Origin: an uncultured Clostridium sp.
GTDB taxonomy: Bacteria; Bacillota; Clostridia; TANB77; CAG-508
Direction: 5' to 3'
NCBI GenBank assembly: GCA_948436975.1
Contig: CAOJJB010000001.1
Coordinates: 14,005-78,004 of the forward strand
DNA length: 64,000 nucleotides
Positions 28,256 to 38,087 of the stretch are shown one piece after another. How positions within the stretch are numbered: position 1 is the stretch's first letter; every line of letters starts with the position of its first letter. The notes under the pieces are model-generated. The model was not told where the DNA came from. It did no database searches and saw nothing but the letters and a program-made list of their open reading frames with translations. The position numbers were made by a program, and so were the translations under genes.

Positions 28256-29209
28256 ATGAAATTATCACGTAATGAAAAATCACTTATATTTTCTAGTACA
28301 GAAATACCAGATATATTTTTTACCGAATACTTACCAGAAGCCTCTGGTAACTTTATAAAGGTATATTTCTATATGCTATTTTTATCAAAATACAATAAAG
28401 AAATCAAAATTAATGATTTATCAAAAACGTTATCTTTAGATTTTCCTACTGTACAAGATGCAATAAAATATTGGGAAGAAAAAGGCATTTTATTAAAAAA
28501 AACTGATGGTTATACATTATCAGATATTCAAGAATTAGAGATTACTAAATTATACTCACCTAAAGTAACATCCTCTCCAGAAGATGCTATAAAAAGTTCA
28601 CAGAGTCAATATAGAGCAAAAGCTATCGAAAATATTAATTCACAATTCTTTCAAGGTGTTATGTCCCCATCTTGGTATAATGATATAGATCTTTGGTTTA
28701 ACAAATATGGATTTGATGAGCAAGTTATGCTTGCATTATTTAGTTATGCTTATGATAAACGAGCTCTACATAGAAATTATATCCAAGCAACAGCGGACGC
28801 TTGGAGTAAAAATAATATAACTACTTTTAATGATTTAGAAGCTTATTTTGAAAAACAAGAAAAAAGAAATGTAATAAACAGTAAAATATCAAAAAAATTG
28901 AATTTATATAGAAAATTAACTACATATGAAGAAGAAGATATAGTTAAATGGACTGAAAATTATGGTTATGATATGGAAATTATTGAAATAGCCCTAAAAA
29001 AAGCTTCTTCAAATAATAAAGTTAGATTTGATTACATTGATACTTTATTAACAGATTGGCATAAAAAAGATTTCCATACTGTATCAGATGTTAATACTTA
29101 TCTTGACTCTATAAAAGACAAAGATAAGAAAACTAAACAAATAGAAAAAGCAGCATTTGAATATACACAAAGCACATTTGATAATTTAGAAGCATTATAT
29201 GATAATTAA
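28256..29209 (+). CDS. DnaD-domain replication initiation/primosome protein (DnaD/DnaB-like)
   Basis: N-terminal winged-helix-like region and C-terminal DDBH2 motif (ALFSYAYDKRALHRNYIQATADAWSKNNITTFNDLEAY). Confidence 0.75.
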   Translation: MKLSRNEKSLIFSSTEIPDIFFTEYLPEASGNFIKVYFYMLFLSKYNKEIKINDLSKTLSLDFPTVQDAIKYWEEKGILLKKTDGYTLSDIQELEITKLYSPKVTSSPEDAIKSSQSQYRAKAIENINSQFFQGVMSPSWYNDIDLWFNKYGFDEQVMLALFSYAYDKRALHRNYIQATADAWSKNNITTFNDLEAYFEKQEKRNVINSKISKKLNLYRKLTTYEEEDIVKWTENYGYDMEIIEIALKKASSNNKVRFDYIDTLLTDWHKKDFHTVSDVNTYLDSIKDKDKKTKQIEKAAFEYTQSTFDNLEALYDN

Positions 29210-29248
29210 AATATAGGATTTCCCTAAATATATTTAAAGGATGATAAA

Positions 29249-30274
29249 ATGAACAATTCTTTGTTAAAACAAATATTACATGAATATGATGAAAAAAGAA
29301 CTAAAGCTATATTAGAAATAGAAAATAGAAAAAAAGAATTAATGACTGTAAATCCTAGATTATTAGAAATTGAAGAAGAACTTTCTAAAAATTCTATACA
29401 AGCACTTAAAACTATACTTTTATCTAATGTCAAAGAAAAAGAAAAACTCTTATCTAATTTAAAAAAACAAAACAGTCATCTAATAAAAGAAAAAAATGAA
29501 TTTATAAAAAAAATATCTAAAGAAAACAATTACCTTAATCCACATTTTGAATGCAAATTGTGTAAAGATACTGGATATATAACAAAAAATTCTGAAACAA
29601 AAATGTGTTCATGTCTAAAACAAAAAATATTTGATATAGCTTATAATAAATCAAATATGGGCAATTTAGAAAGAGAGAATTTTTCTAATTTTAATATTCG
29701 CACATTTTCAGATAAATCAGATAAAGAAAAATATAAATCTGAAATTTCACCAAGAGAAAATATGAAAATTATTAGAGAAAAGGCTGAATTGTTTATATCA
29801 AATTTTGATAATCCAGAAGAAAAGAATTTAATATTTATAGGAAATACTGGAGTTGGTAAAACATTTTTAACTAATTGTATAGCTAATGAAGTATTAAAAC
29901 TAGGAAAAACTGTACTTTATCAAACAGCTCCTGTTATGTTTGATAAAATCAATAACGCAAAATTTGGAAAAGAAAATTCAAAATTTGATCTATATGAAAA
30001 TATATTAAATGTTGATTTACTAATAATAGATGATTTAGGAACAGAGAAAATTACTGATACCAAAATTACTGAATTATTTACAATTATTAACACGCGATTA
30101 CTTAATCAAAATCATAAAATAACTAAAACCATTATTTCTACAAATTATAATGTTGATGAACTTTTTAAAACATATACAACTAGAATTGGTTCTCGTTTAG
30201 CAGGAAATTATAGATTTTTAAGATTTTTTGGAGATGATTTAAGATTTAAAAAGAATAAAAATGAAGCAATTTAA
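29249..30274 (+). CDS. DnaI/DnaC-like helicase loader (IstB-like AAA+ ATPase with N-terminal zinc-ribbon)
   Basis: Zinc-binding CKLCKDTGY...CSC, Walker A GNTGVGKTFL and Walker B LLIIDDLG. Confidence 0.8.
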   Translation: MNNSLLKQILHEYDEKRTKAILEIENRKKELMTVNPRLLEIEEELSKNSIQALKTILLSNVKEKEKLLSNLKKQNSHLIKEKNEFIKKISKENNYLNPHFECKLCKDTGYITKNSETKMCSCLKQKIFDIAYNKSNMGNLERENFSNFNIRTFSDKSDKEKYKSEISPRENMKIIREKAELFISNFDNPEEKNLIFIGNTGVGKTFLTNCIANEVLKLGKTVLYQTAPVMFDKINNAKFGKENSKFDLYENILNVDLLIIDDLGTEKITDTKITELFTIINTRLLNQNHKITKTIISTNYNVDELFKTYTTRIGSRLAGNYRFLRFFGDDLRFKKNKNEAI

Positions 30275-30311
30275 TTATATTCAACAACAATTTATAGAAT
30301 ATATTCAATAA

Positions 30312-30350
30312 AAAAGAAATCAAATTAATGTTTATTGATTTCTTTTTTAT
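30312..30350. terminator. bidirectional terminator between the convergent DnaI-like and YkgJ genes
   Basis: aagaaatcaa...ttgatttctt 10-bp stem followed by a T-run. Confidence 0.55.
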
Positions 30351-30390
30351 TTTTACTAATAATCATTTAATAATTTTTTTCAAACTAATA

Positions 30391-31008
30391 CTAAAAATTC
30401 AAATTTTTATTTATAATCATTTTCTCTACTTTATACATATTTCTTTTCATTTGATATTTTAAATTCCATTTTTTTAAATTATAATTTTCAAATAAAATTT
30501 TATAAAATTCTTCTAATTTATCATCTGATATTTGATGTTTTTCTTGTTGTATCCATTCTATAAACTGTACCCATTCTATACATATTTTTTTATTTTTCTT
30601 ATATATTTTATTATTTCCGTTTAACCACTCATTTACAGTAATTTCTTTTGTATCTTTTAATATACACTGATTTGAATTATAAAAATAATTTCTTTTTAAA
30701 TTTTCAGGAACTAAAGGAAACATTACACATTGCATAGGTTTAACAGAATGGATACTACAACCTTTTATATCTTTATTATATAAAATGCACTGTTTTAATT
30801 TTCCTGTTGTTTTTAATACTAATTCTAACTTATTATCTTCTAATCTATCTGTATATTCATATATAAATTCTTTTATTGGAATTTTTAAATATTTACTTAT
30901 TTTGCAAATATTTAAAGGATTTAATCTTATATCTCCTCTATAAATACAGCATTTTTCGCATCTAGTACATCCTAATCTTACTTTTGATTTCAATGTTAAT
31001 ATATCCAT
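30391..31008 (-). CDS. YkgJ-family cysteine-cluster protein (CxxCxxCC Fe-S/zinc-chelating domain)
   Basis: LGCTRCEKCC motif. The ORF track starts at 31056, but the internal Met at 31008 has a GGAG RBS. The upstream 16 codons coincide with the gyrA terminator hairpin (ggagtgcaaaagcactcc, 31033-31050), so the shorter start is preferred. Confidence 0.65.
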   Translation of the reverse strand: MDILTLKSKVRLGCTRCEKCCIYRGDIRLNPLNICKISKYLKIPIKEFIYEYTDRLEDNKLELVLKTTGKLKQCILYNKDIKGCSIHSVKPMQCVMFPLVPENLKRNYFYNSNQCILKDTKEITVNEWLNGNNKIYKKNKKICIEWVQFIEWIQQEKHQISDDKLEEFYKILFENYNLKKWNLKYQMKRNMYKVEKMIINKNLNF

Positions 31009-31074
31009 TTTATCTCCATTAACCTCTATAAAATTTGGAGTGCAAAAGCACTCCAAAATTAATGTTTATATAAA

Positions 31075-33507
31075 TTATTCTTCATTTTCCTCAGTAATAG
31101 TTTCTATACTTACTACTTTGCCATCATTTGTTCTCATTAAAGTAACTCCTTGTGTTGATCTTCCAAGAACACTTATTTCTCCTGTATTCATTCTTATTAT
31201 AGTTCCAGTATCTGTTATAAGCATTACATCTTCTGTTCCATCTACAATTTTTATACCTACAATTTCTCCTGTTTTAGGTGTTATTTTATAAGTTATTACT
31301 CCATGTCCACCTCTATTTTGAACTCTATATTCATCTAATTCTGTTCTTTTTCCAAATCCATTTTCTGTTATAGCTAATAATGTTGCTTTGCTACCTGTTA
31401 TAATTGGTTCCATTCCAACTACATAATCCCCATCACTAATTCTCATTCCAATTACACCTTGTGCTGTTCTTCCTACTGGTCTAACATCTTTTTCATCAAA
31501 TGTTATACTCATACCTTTTCTTGTTACTAATACAACATTGTCTTGTCCATCTGTCATTCTTACATCAATAAGTTCATCATCTTCTTTTAAAGTTATTCCC
31601 ATTAAACCATTTTTTCTATTAGAATCATATTCTTTTAATGATGTCTTTTTAATTAAACCTGATTTTGTAGCCATTAATAAATATTTACCTTCAGCAAAAT
31701 TTTGAATTGGAATAATTGCAGAAATTTTTTCTCCACCTTCTAAATTCAACAAATTTACTATTGCTGTACCTTTTGCAGTTCTACCTGCCTCTGGTATTTC
31801 AAATCCACGTAATCTATACATCTTTCCTTTATTACTAAAAAATAATATTGTATCATGTGTAGAAGCTGTAAATATTTCTTTAACAAAGTCATCTTCTCTT
31901 GTAGCAATTCCTGTAATTCCTTTTCCACCTCTTTTTTGGCTTTTATAAGTATCAATTGGCATTCTTTTTATATATCCAAAATGAGTTAATGCAATTACTG
32001 TTTGTTCTTCTTTTATTAGATCTTCTTCTTCAAATTCTCCTTCTGCTGGAGCTATTTTTGTTAGTCTTTCATCACCAAATTTATCTCTTATTTCTGTAAG
32101 TTCTGTTTTTATAATATCAAAAACTAAAGTTTCACTTGATAATATTTCTTTATAATAAGCTATTAATTTCATCAATTCTGCATATTCTTCTTCTAGTTTT
32201 TCTCTTTGTAAACCAGATAATCTTTTTAATTGCATATCTAATATTGCTTGTGCTTGTATATCTGTAAGCTTAAATCGTTCCATTAATCTTTCTTTTGCAT
32301 CATCATAAGATTCACGAATTATTTTAATTACTTCATCTATATTATCGATAGCAATTATTAATCCTTCTAATATATGTGCTCTTGCTTCTGCTTTATCTAA
32401 ATCAAATTTTGTTCTTCGTAAAACAACTTCTCTTCTATGTTTTATATATTCTTCTAAACATTCTTTTAAAGTAAGTATTTTAGGTTCACCATTCACTAAT
32501 GCAAGCATTATAACTCCAAAAGTGTCTTGCATTTGTGTATGCTTAAATAATTGATTTAATATAACTTGTGGTCTTGCATCTCTCTTTAATTCAATTACTA
32601 TTCTTACTCTTTCTTTTCTATCTGATTCATCTCTAACTTCTGAAATACCTTCTATTCTCTTATCTTTTACTAATTCATCTATTTTAATAATTAAATTTGC
32701 TTTATTAACTTGATATGGTAATGATGAAACAATAATTCTTTGTCTATTTCCAGACATTTCTTCGATTTCAGTTTCTGCTCTTACTGTTATTTTACCTCTA
32801 CCTGTTGTATATGCTTGTCTTATTCCTTCTTTTCCTAATATTAATGCTCCAGTTGGAAAGTCTGGCCCCTTTATAACTTGCATCAATTCTTCATTTGTTA
32901 CATTATCATCATCAATTACTTTTATTGTTCCATCAATTATTTCTCTTAAATTATGAGGTGGTATATTAGTTGCCATACCAACAGCAATACCTGAGGAACC
33001 ATTTATTAATAATGCTGGTATTTTAGATGGAAGAACTGTTGGTTCTTGAAGTCTATCATCATAATTTGGCATAAAATCTACTGTATTTTTTTCTATATCT
33101 ACTAACATTTGCTCTGCAATTTTTGCCATTCTAGATTCTGTATACCTCATTGCAGCTGCTCCGTCTCCATCTATTGACCCAAAGTTACCATGTCCATCTA
33201 TTAACATATATCTCATAGAAAAATCTTGTGCTAATCTTACCATAGCATCATATACAGATGAGTCCCCATGTGGATGATATCTTCCTAAAACTGACCCAAC
33301 TGTATTAGCACATTTTCTATAAGGTTTATCTGATGTTATTCCATCCTCATGCATAGAATAAAGAATTCTTCTATGTACTGGTTTTAAACCATCTCTAACA
33401 TCTGGTAAAGCACGTGAAACTATAACACTCATTGCATAATCTATATATGCATCTTTCATTTCTTTTTCTATATTTCTTTCAATTATTTTTCCATCTTGCC
33501 TATCCAT
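31075..33507 (-). CDS. gyrA: DNA gyrase subunit A
   Basis: 810 aa. The [26 protein letters not shown] region contains the QRDR, with the active-site Tyr region and C-terminal beta-pinwheel repeats. Confidence 0.95.
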   Translation of the reverse strand: MDRQDGKIIERNIEKEMKDAYIDYAMSVIVSRALPDVRDGLKPVHRRILYSMHEDGITSDKPYRKCANTVGSVLGRYHPHGDSSVYDAMVRLAQDFSMRYMLIDGHGNFGSIDGDGAAAMRYTESRMAKIAEQMLVDIEKNTVDFMPNYDDRLQEPTVLPSKIPALLINGSSGIAVGMATNIPPHNLREIIDGTIKVIDDDNVTNEELMQVIKGPDFPTGALILGKEGIRQAYTTGRGKITVRAETEIEEMSGNRQRIIVSSLPYQVNKANLIIKIDELVKDKRIEGISEVRDESDRKERVRIVIELKRDARPQVILNQLFKHTQMQDTFGVIMLALVNGEPKILTLKECLEEYIKHRREVVLRRTKFDLDKAEARAHILEGLIIAIDNIDEVIKIIRESYDDAKERLMERFKLTDIQAQAILDMQLKRLSGLQREKLEEEYAELMKLIAYYKEILSSETLVFDIIKTELTEIRDKFGDERLTKIAPAEGEFEEEDLIKEEQTVIALTHFGYIKRMPIDTYKSQKRGGKGITGIATREDDFVKEIFTASTHDTILFFSNKGKMYRLRGFEIPEAGRTAKGTAIVNLLNLEGGEKISAIIPIQNFAEGKYLLMATKSGLIKKTSLKEYDSNRKNGLMGITLKEDDELIDVRMTDGQDNVVLVTRKGMSITFDEKDVRPVGRTAQGVIGMRISDGDYVVGMEPIITGSKATLLAITENGFGKRTELDEYRVQNRGGHGVITYKITPKTGEIVGIKIVDGTEDVMLITDTGTIIRMNTGEISVLGRSTQGVTLMRTNDGKVVSIETITEENEE

Positions 33508-33616
33508 TTATTACCCTCTTTTCTTATATTTCTTTCCTATTGCATTATATAAAAATATATGAAAAAATGCAAGAAAAACGCTAAATTTTTATGTGTTTTT
33601 TCCTTTTATTTTTAAT

Positions 33617-34330
33617 CTATATTTTTTGTGCTAACTCCATTTCTAAACTACTAATATTAAAATTGTTTCCATTATTTTTTATTAAATTTTGAATATTTTC
33701 AATTTTTCTAGATTTATCTATTACTGTTTCTAAAGGTACTATTTTATTTAAATTATTTTTTATGTTCTTATAGCATTTTTCCATTAATTCTAAATCTTTT
33801 TTATTATATGCTATATCCCAATTTTCACAATATTGCTCTAATTTCTCAACTGCTTTTAATTGTCTTGTTAATGTTTCTTCTATATTATTACTTATAGAAT
33901 TTATTATTGTATTTTTACCATTTTTTAACATATATGATGTGGATTTATTTATTAAATTCTTATTAGTTGCTAATTTTATACTATAATCTAACAATTCTGA
34001 AATATTATCTAATATACCTCCTTTTTTTACCGCAAGTTGTATTTGAGATATATTTTCAAAATTTCCTGTTATTATTCCCATGATACTTTTTCCTGTATTT
34101 ATACTAGAATTTATTACTTGCTTTATTCCTTCTGAAAAACCATTTTCTAATATTGCATTTTTTACATCTATTATTTGATCTTCAATAATATCTGGTAATA
34201 GAGCTTTTAATCCTATATCTATTGCTGAATTTATTGTTTTTCCTAAATTACTTTGCAAAAAATTTTGTTGCAATTCAATTAGTTTGTTATTTTTCATTTC
34301 TATATTATTTTCTAAAATCATATCATTCAT
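33617..34330 (-). CDS. hypothetical hydrophilic protein with internal repeats (GK[TS]I...I)
   Basis: 237 aa with no TM helix. Co-oriented with the T4SS-like ATPases inside the gyrB-gyrA insertion. Confidence 0.4.
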   Translation of the reverse strand: MNDMILENNIEMKNNKLIELQQNFLQSNLGKTINSAIDIGLKALLPDIIEDQIIDVKNAILENGFSEGIKQVINSSINTGKSIMGIITGNFENISQIQLAVKKGGILDNISELLDYSIKLATNKNLINKSTSYMLKNGKNTIINSISNNIEETLTRQLKAVEKLEQYCENWDIAYNKKDLELMEKCYKNIKNNLNKIVPLETVIDKSRKIENIQNLIKNNGNNFNISSLEMELAQKI

Positions 34331-34365
34331 ATTTATTATCCTTTCACTTATTTTTTTATTTTAAT

Positions 34366-35610
34366 TTATAATTTTTCATATATTTTTTTATATTCGTCAT
34401 CAAAAATTAAATTATTCAAATTTTTATTAATAAACAAATTATATTTTTCATTATAATTAATATTTCCAAATAACTCATATTCAAAAAATATTTCTTTTAT
34501 AATATTTTTTGAAATATGATACTGATTTAATTTATTAAATAATAATTTAATTTTTTCATTTTCTATATTCCAATCTTTTTTATAAATTTCTAAAATTTTT
34601 TTCGCCTTTTTAATTTCTGATAAATTAGACTCTAATAAAAAAATTATTTTATTAGATAAATTTAAAATTCTTTCGATATAATTTAATTCAATATTAGAAG
34701 ATATATCTAATATTATAAAATCAAAGCTTTCTTTTATTTCACAAAAAAAATCGTTTAATTTATATAGTTCAACTTTATGTATTTTTGTTAATATTGAATC
34801 AAGTCCACACATTATGGAAAAATTATTACTAATATTATTTATTAAATAAACTAAATTATCTATATTAGTATTTTTATTACTATTTTTTAATCCTAATATG
34901 TATTTGATACTATTATTATTTATATCAAAATCTATTAATAAAACTCTTTTATTTTGTTGTTCTATATATTTAGATAAAATTAAAGAAACTATGCTTTTAC
35001 CAACTCCATAATTTCCTGATATAGTAATAATTTTATTATTAATAATATTGTTTTTATATTTTAAATCTAAATATTCCATATTTTTTTCAAATTTCTTTCC
35101 TACACTTTTATAATTTTCTTTAATTAATTTATTGTTTTTTTTTAATATTTTATTTTTATTTAAACAATCTTTTTTATTATAATTATTTAATTTATTATTT
35201 AAAATAAATTCTTTAAAATCCTTTATTTCATTAGTAATTTCGATTTTATTTTTTTCACTATTTATACAAAAATTATTTAAAAAAATATCATAATTATTTT
35301 GATTTAAATAATATATTTTATAAATATTTTTACTATTTAAAAAACTTTCTAAATATTCATTTTTTTCTTTTAAAAAAACTATTATTTCTATATTTTCTTT
35401 TTTATTTAAAATATTATTTATTAATATTTTAAAATCATATTCTATTGGTAAATTATTACTTAAAATTATTACATTAATATCTTCTTTTTCTTCTAAAATT
35501 TCTATTATTCCGTCTTGATATTGTATATCTTGTCCAATTACATCACAAATACCATATTGTCTAATTTTATTATTTAAGTATGGATCACCAATTGCTGTTA
35601 TTATTTTCAA
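34366..35610 (-). CDS. ParA/MinD/CpaE-like P-loop ATPase with receiver-like N-terminal domain
   Basis: N-terminal ~120 aa resembles a CheY-like or TadZ-type pseudo-receiver (MKIITAIGDP...INVIILSNNL). Central P-loop ITISGNYGVGKSIVS and A'-motif VLLIDFDINNNS are typical of the MinD/ParA/CpaE family. Confidence 0.5.
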   Translation of the reverse strand: MKIITAIGDPYLNNKIRQYGICDVIGQDIQYQDGIIEILEEKEDINVIILSNNLPIEYDFKILINNILNKKENIEIIVFLKEKNEYLESFLNSKNIYKIYYLNQNNYDIFLNNFCINSEKNKIEITNEIKDFKEFILNNKLNNYNKKDCLNKNKILKKNNKLIKENYKSVGKKFEKNMEYLDLKYKNNIINNKIITISGNYGVGKSIVSLILSKYIEQQNKRVLLIDFDINNNSIKYILGLKNSNKNTNIDNLVYLINNISNNFSIMCGLDSILTKIHKVELYKLNDFFCEIKESFDFIILDISSNIELNYIERILNLSNKIIFLLESNLSEIKKAKKILEIYKKDWNIENEKIKLLFNKLNQYHISKNIIKEIFFEYELFGNINYNEKYNLFINKNLNNLIFDDEYKKIYEKL

Positions 35611-37316
35611 CTAATTAATCCCTCCTCATTTTTAGAACATTCTATTTTAGCTAATATATGATTATCACCTATAAACATTAATGTTTCTCCCCTTTTTAAT
35701 GATTTTATTTCAATTTTTTCTTTTTCAGAAATATTAGCATATTTTTCTAATACCAATATATTTTCTTCTTCTAAAGAAAAAAAAGATTTTATACTAGAAT
35801 TATTTAATATACTTTTTCCATATGTTCCATTATCTAAACTAAATAAATCAGATACATCTTGTGTAATAGCTACTGCACTTCCACCATACTTTCTTATAGT
35901 TTTAAATATTTTGTAAATAAAACTTGCTACGAATTTATTTGATGTAATTCCTATTAATCTCCATATTTCATCTAAATAAATTGCTTTATTTTTATTTCTA
36001 TCTTTTTTTATTTTATCCCAAAATAATTCTATAAAAATATACATACCATATTTTAAATTCTCTTCTCCTAACTCATATATATCTGCTACTATAAGTTTAT
36101 TGTTTAATTCAATATTTGTATAATTATTTAAAAATTTTAAAGATCCAAATATAAATGGATATAATTTTCTTTTAAAAAACATTGTTTTTTCATCTTTTCC
36201 AAAAATATTATATAAATCTTCTAATATAGGCATTTGTTTACTATTTTTAAATTCTTTATCTTCATTATATAATGAATTATCGTCAAAATTTATTCCTTTT
36301 TCTTTATAGGTTTCTATTAATTTTTCTTCTAATAAAGCTACTTTTTCCTCATCTAACTCACCAAAAACTAAACTGAAAAACATTCTTAATTTACTAATTT
36401 TTGTGGTTAAAAAACCTTTTTCTTCTTCAATACTATCTTCTCTAATATCTAATATATTTATATAAGAATTAGAGGTAGGTCCAAATTTTATACAAACTCC
36501 ATCTAAACTATCACATATTTTTGTATATTCTCTTTCTGGATCTATTATATATTGATCTAGTCCAAATAATCTATATCTTAATATTAATAATTTAGTATAA
36601 AAAGATTTTCCTGCCCCACTAGTACCAAATATACATATATTTGCATTTTTATATTTTTCTTTATTGAATCTATCCACTAAAATCATTGAATTATTATAAA
36701 TATTTGTTCCTATAAAAATACCTGTATCATCACATAAATTAGATGAAATAAATGGATATGTTGATATCAAACCACTTCCTAAAATATTTCTTTTTGTTAT
36801 ATTTTTTATTTCTTTACTATTATTCATTAAAGGTAAACATGCATTATATATTTGTTCTTGTCTAAAATTTCCTTTTCTTGTCATCATTCCTGAGGCTTGA
36901 AGTAATCCCTCTATTTTATTTAAATTTCTTTCCATTTCTTTTTCATTTTCAGAAATAATATTTATATATGTATATAAAAAATATAATTCTTCATTATTTA
37001 CTTGCATTTCTTTCCTTATATATTTGGCATCGTTGTATGTATATGCTGCTATATCTATATCCTCTCTATTTTCATTTCCAGATTTTAAATCTACTCCAAC
37101 ATTTCCAATATAATATGTTAAATCTTTTATAGTTTTATATGTATCTTGTTTTTCATAAAATACAGATATATTCATATTTACATTTGTATTTATTATATTT
37201 TTAAATATAATATCATTATATTCTCTATAATAATCAATAATTAAAATTCCACAATAATATTTACCATCTATTTCTAAATATTTAGGATTTTTATTATTTA
37301 TATAACTCGGTGCCAT
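35607..37316 (-). CDS. VirB4/TrsE/TcpF-like conjugative transfer ATPase (AAA_10-like domain), C-terminal two-thirds
   Basis: N-terminal YLEIDGKYYCGILIIDYY pattern, Walker A CIFGTSGAGKSFYTKL, IIDPEREY, Walker B YLDEIWRL and VAITQD motifs characteristic of Gram-positive VirB4 homologs. Only 569 aa, versus the usual ~800. Confidence 0.6.
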   Translation of the reverse strand: MAPSYINNKNPKYLEIDGKYYCGILIIDYYREYNDIIFKNIINTNVNMNISVFYEKQDTYKTIKDLTYYIGNVGVDLKSGNENREDIDIAAYTYNDAKYIRKEMQVNNEELYFLYTYINIISENEKEMERNLNKIEGLLQASGMMTRKGNFRQEQIYNACLPLMNNSKEIKNITKRNILGSGLISTYPFISSNLCDDTGIFIGTNIYNNSMILVDRFNKEKYKNANICIFGTSGAGKSFYTKLLILRYRLFGLDQYIIDPEREYTKICDSLDGVCIKFGPTSNSYINILDIREDSIEEEKGFLTTKISKLRMFFSLVFGELDEEKVALLEEKLIETYKEKGINFDDNSLYNEDKEFKNSKQMPILEDLYNIFGKDEKTMFFKRKLYPFIFGSLKFLNNYTNIELNNKLIVADIYELGEENLKYGMYIFIELFWDKIKKDRNKNKAIYLDEIWRLIGITSNKFVASFIYKIFKTIRKYGGSAVAITQDVSDLFSLDNGTYGKSILNNSSIKSFFSLEEENILVLEKYANISEKEKIEIKSLKRGETLMFIGDNHILAKIECSKNEEGLIS

Positions 37317-37362
37317 TTTATCCTTAATATTTAATACTCCATCATAAAAATTGCTTATATTA

Positions 37363-37839
37363 TCACTCTCCTAACTCTTTTATTTTTTCTTTTAAATTGG
37401 GGTTAAAAAAAGAATTTAAAATCTTTTCTGTTTCTTTTTTTGAATTAACATCATAAACAATATTTCCACATCTTGATAATGATTCTTTTACTTTGAAAAA
37501 ACTTTCATTTAAAAAGTTAATTGCTATGTTTTCATTTACATAATTTTCAGATGCTTCTAAATTATATTTTATAATTATATAAAAATTTTTTGAGGATGAT
37601 TTATTCTCTTCATTTTTATCTTGAATAAACTCAATATATTTTTCGGTTATATCTTTTATTTTTTTATTTTCTTCGTTTTTGGAAATTTTTTTTAGATTTA
37701 CAAAATGTTTTGATAAATTTTCTTTTTTACTTTGAATAAGTATTTGAATATTAAAATCACAAGTTTTTAAAAATAATTTAAAAGAATTTAAAATAGCTTC
37801 TTTTTCTAAATCAGATTTTAAATAATAGTTAATTGGCAA
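37363..37839 (-). CDS. hypothetical 158-aa protein, possibly the detached N-terminal segment of the VirB4-like ATPase
   Basis: Lies 46 nt upstream of the VirB4-like ORF and co-oriented with it, in a different frame. The sizes sum to a typical VirB4 length, and IQILIQSKKENLSKHF resembles VirB4 N-terminal regions. Confidence 0.35.
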   Translation of the reverse strand: MPINYYLKSDLEKEAILNSFKLFLKTCDFNIQILIQSKKENLSKHFVNLKKISKNEENKKIKDITEKYIEFIQDKNEENKSSSKNFYIIIKYNLEASENYVNENIAINFLNESFFKVKESLSRCGNIVYDVNSKKETEKILNSFFNPNLKEKIKELGE

Positions 37840-38087
37840 GACTCTTATTATTTTTATATAAGATTGTTTACTTATTATAATACCATTTTCTAAAATATCA
37901 TCAAAAGGTATCCATGTTTGTGTTGTATTTTCTTTTTTTATCTAAATCTTCTCCTTTCTTAAATTTTGCTTATATTATAATACTTTTTTTATAAAGTCAA
38001 GATTTTTTTTATAAAAATAGACATATTTTGTTTCAAATATGTCTATTTCTATATTTAAAAAATATTTTTTACTCTCTTTTAATCTAA

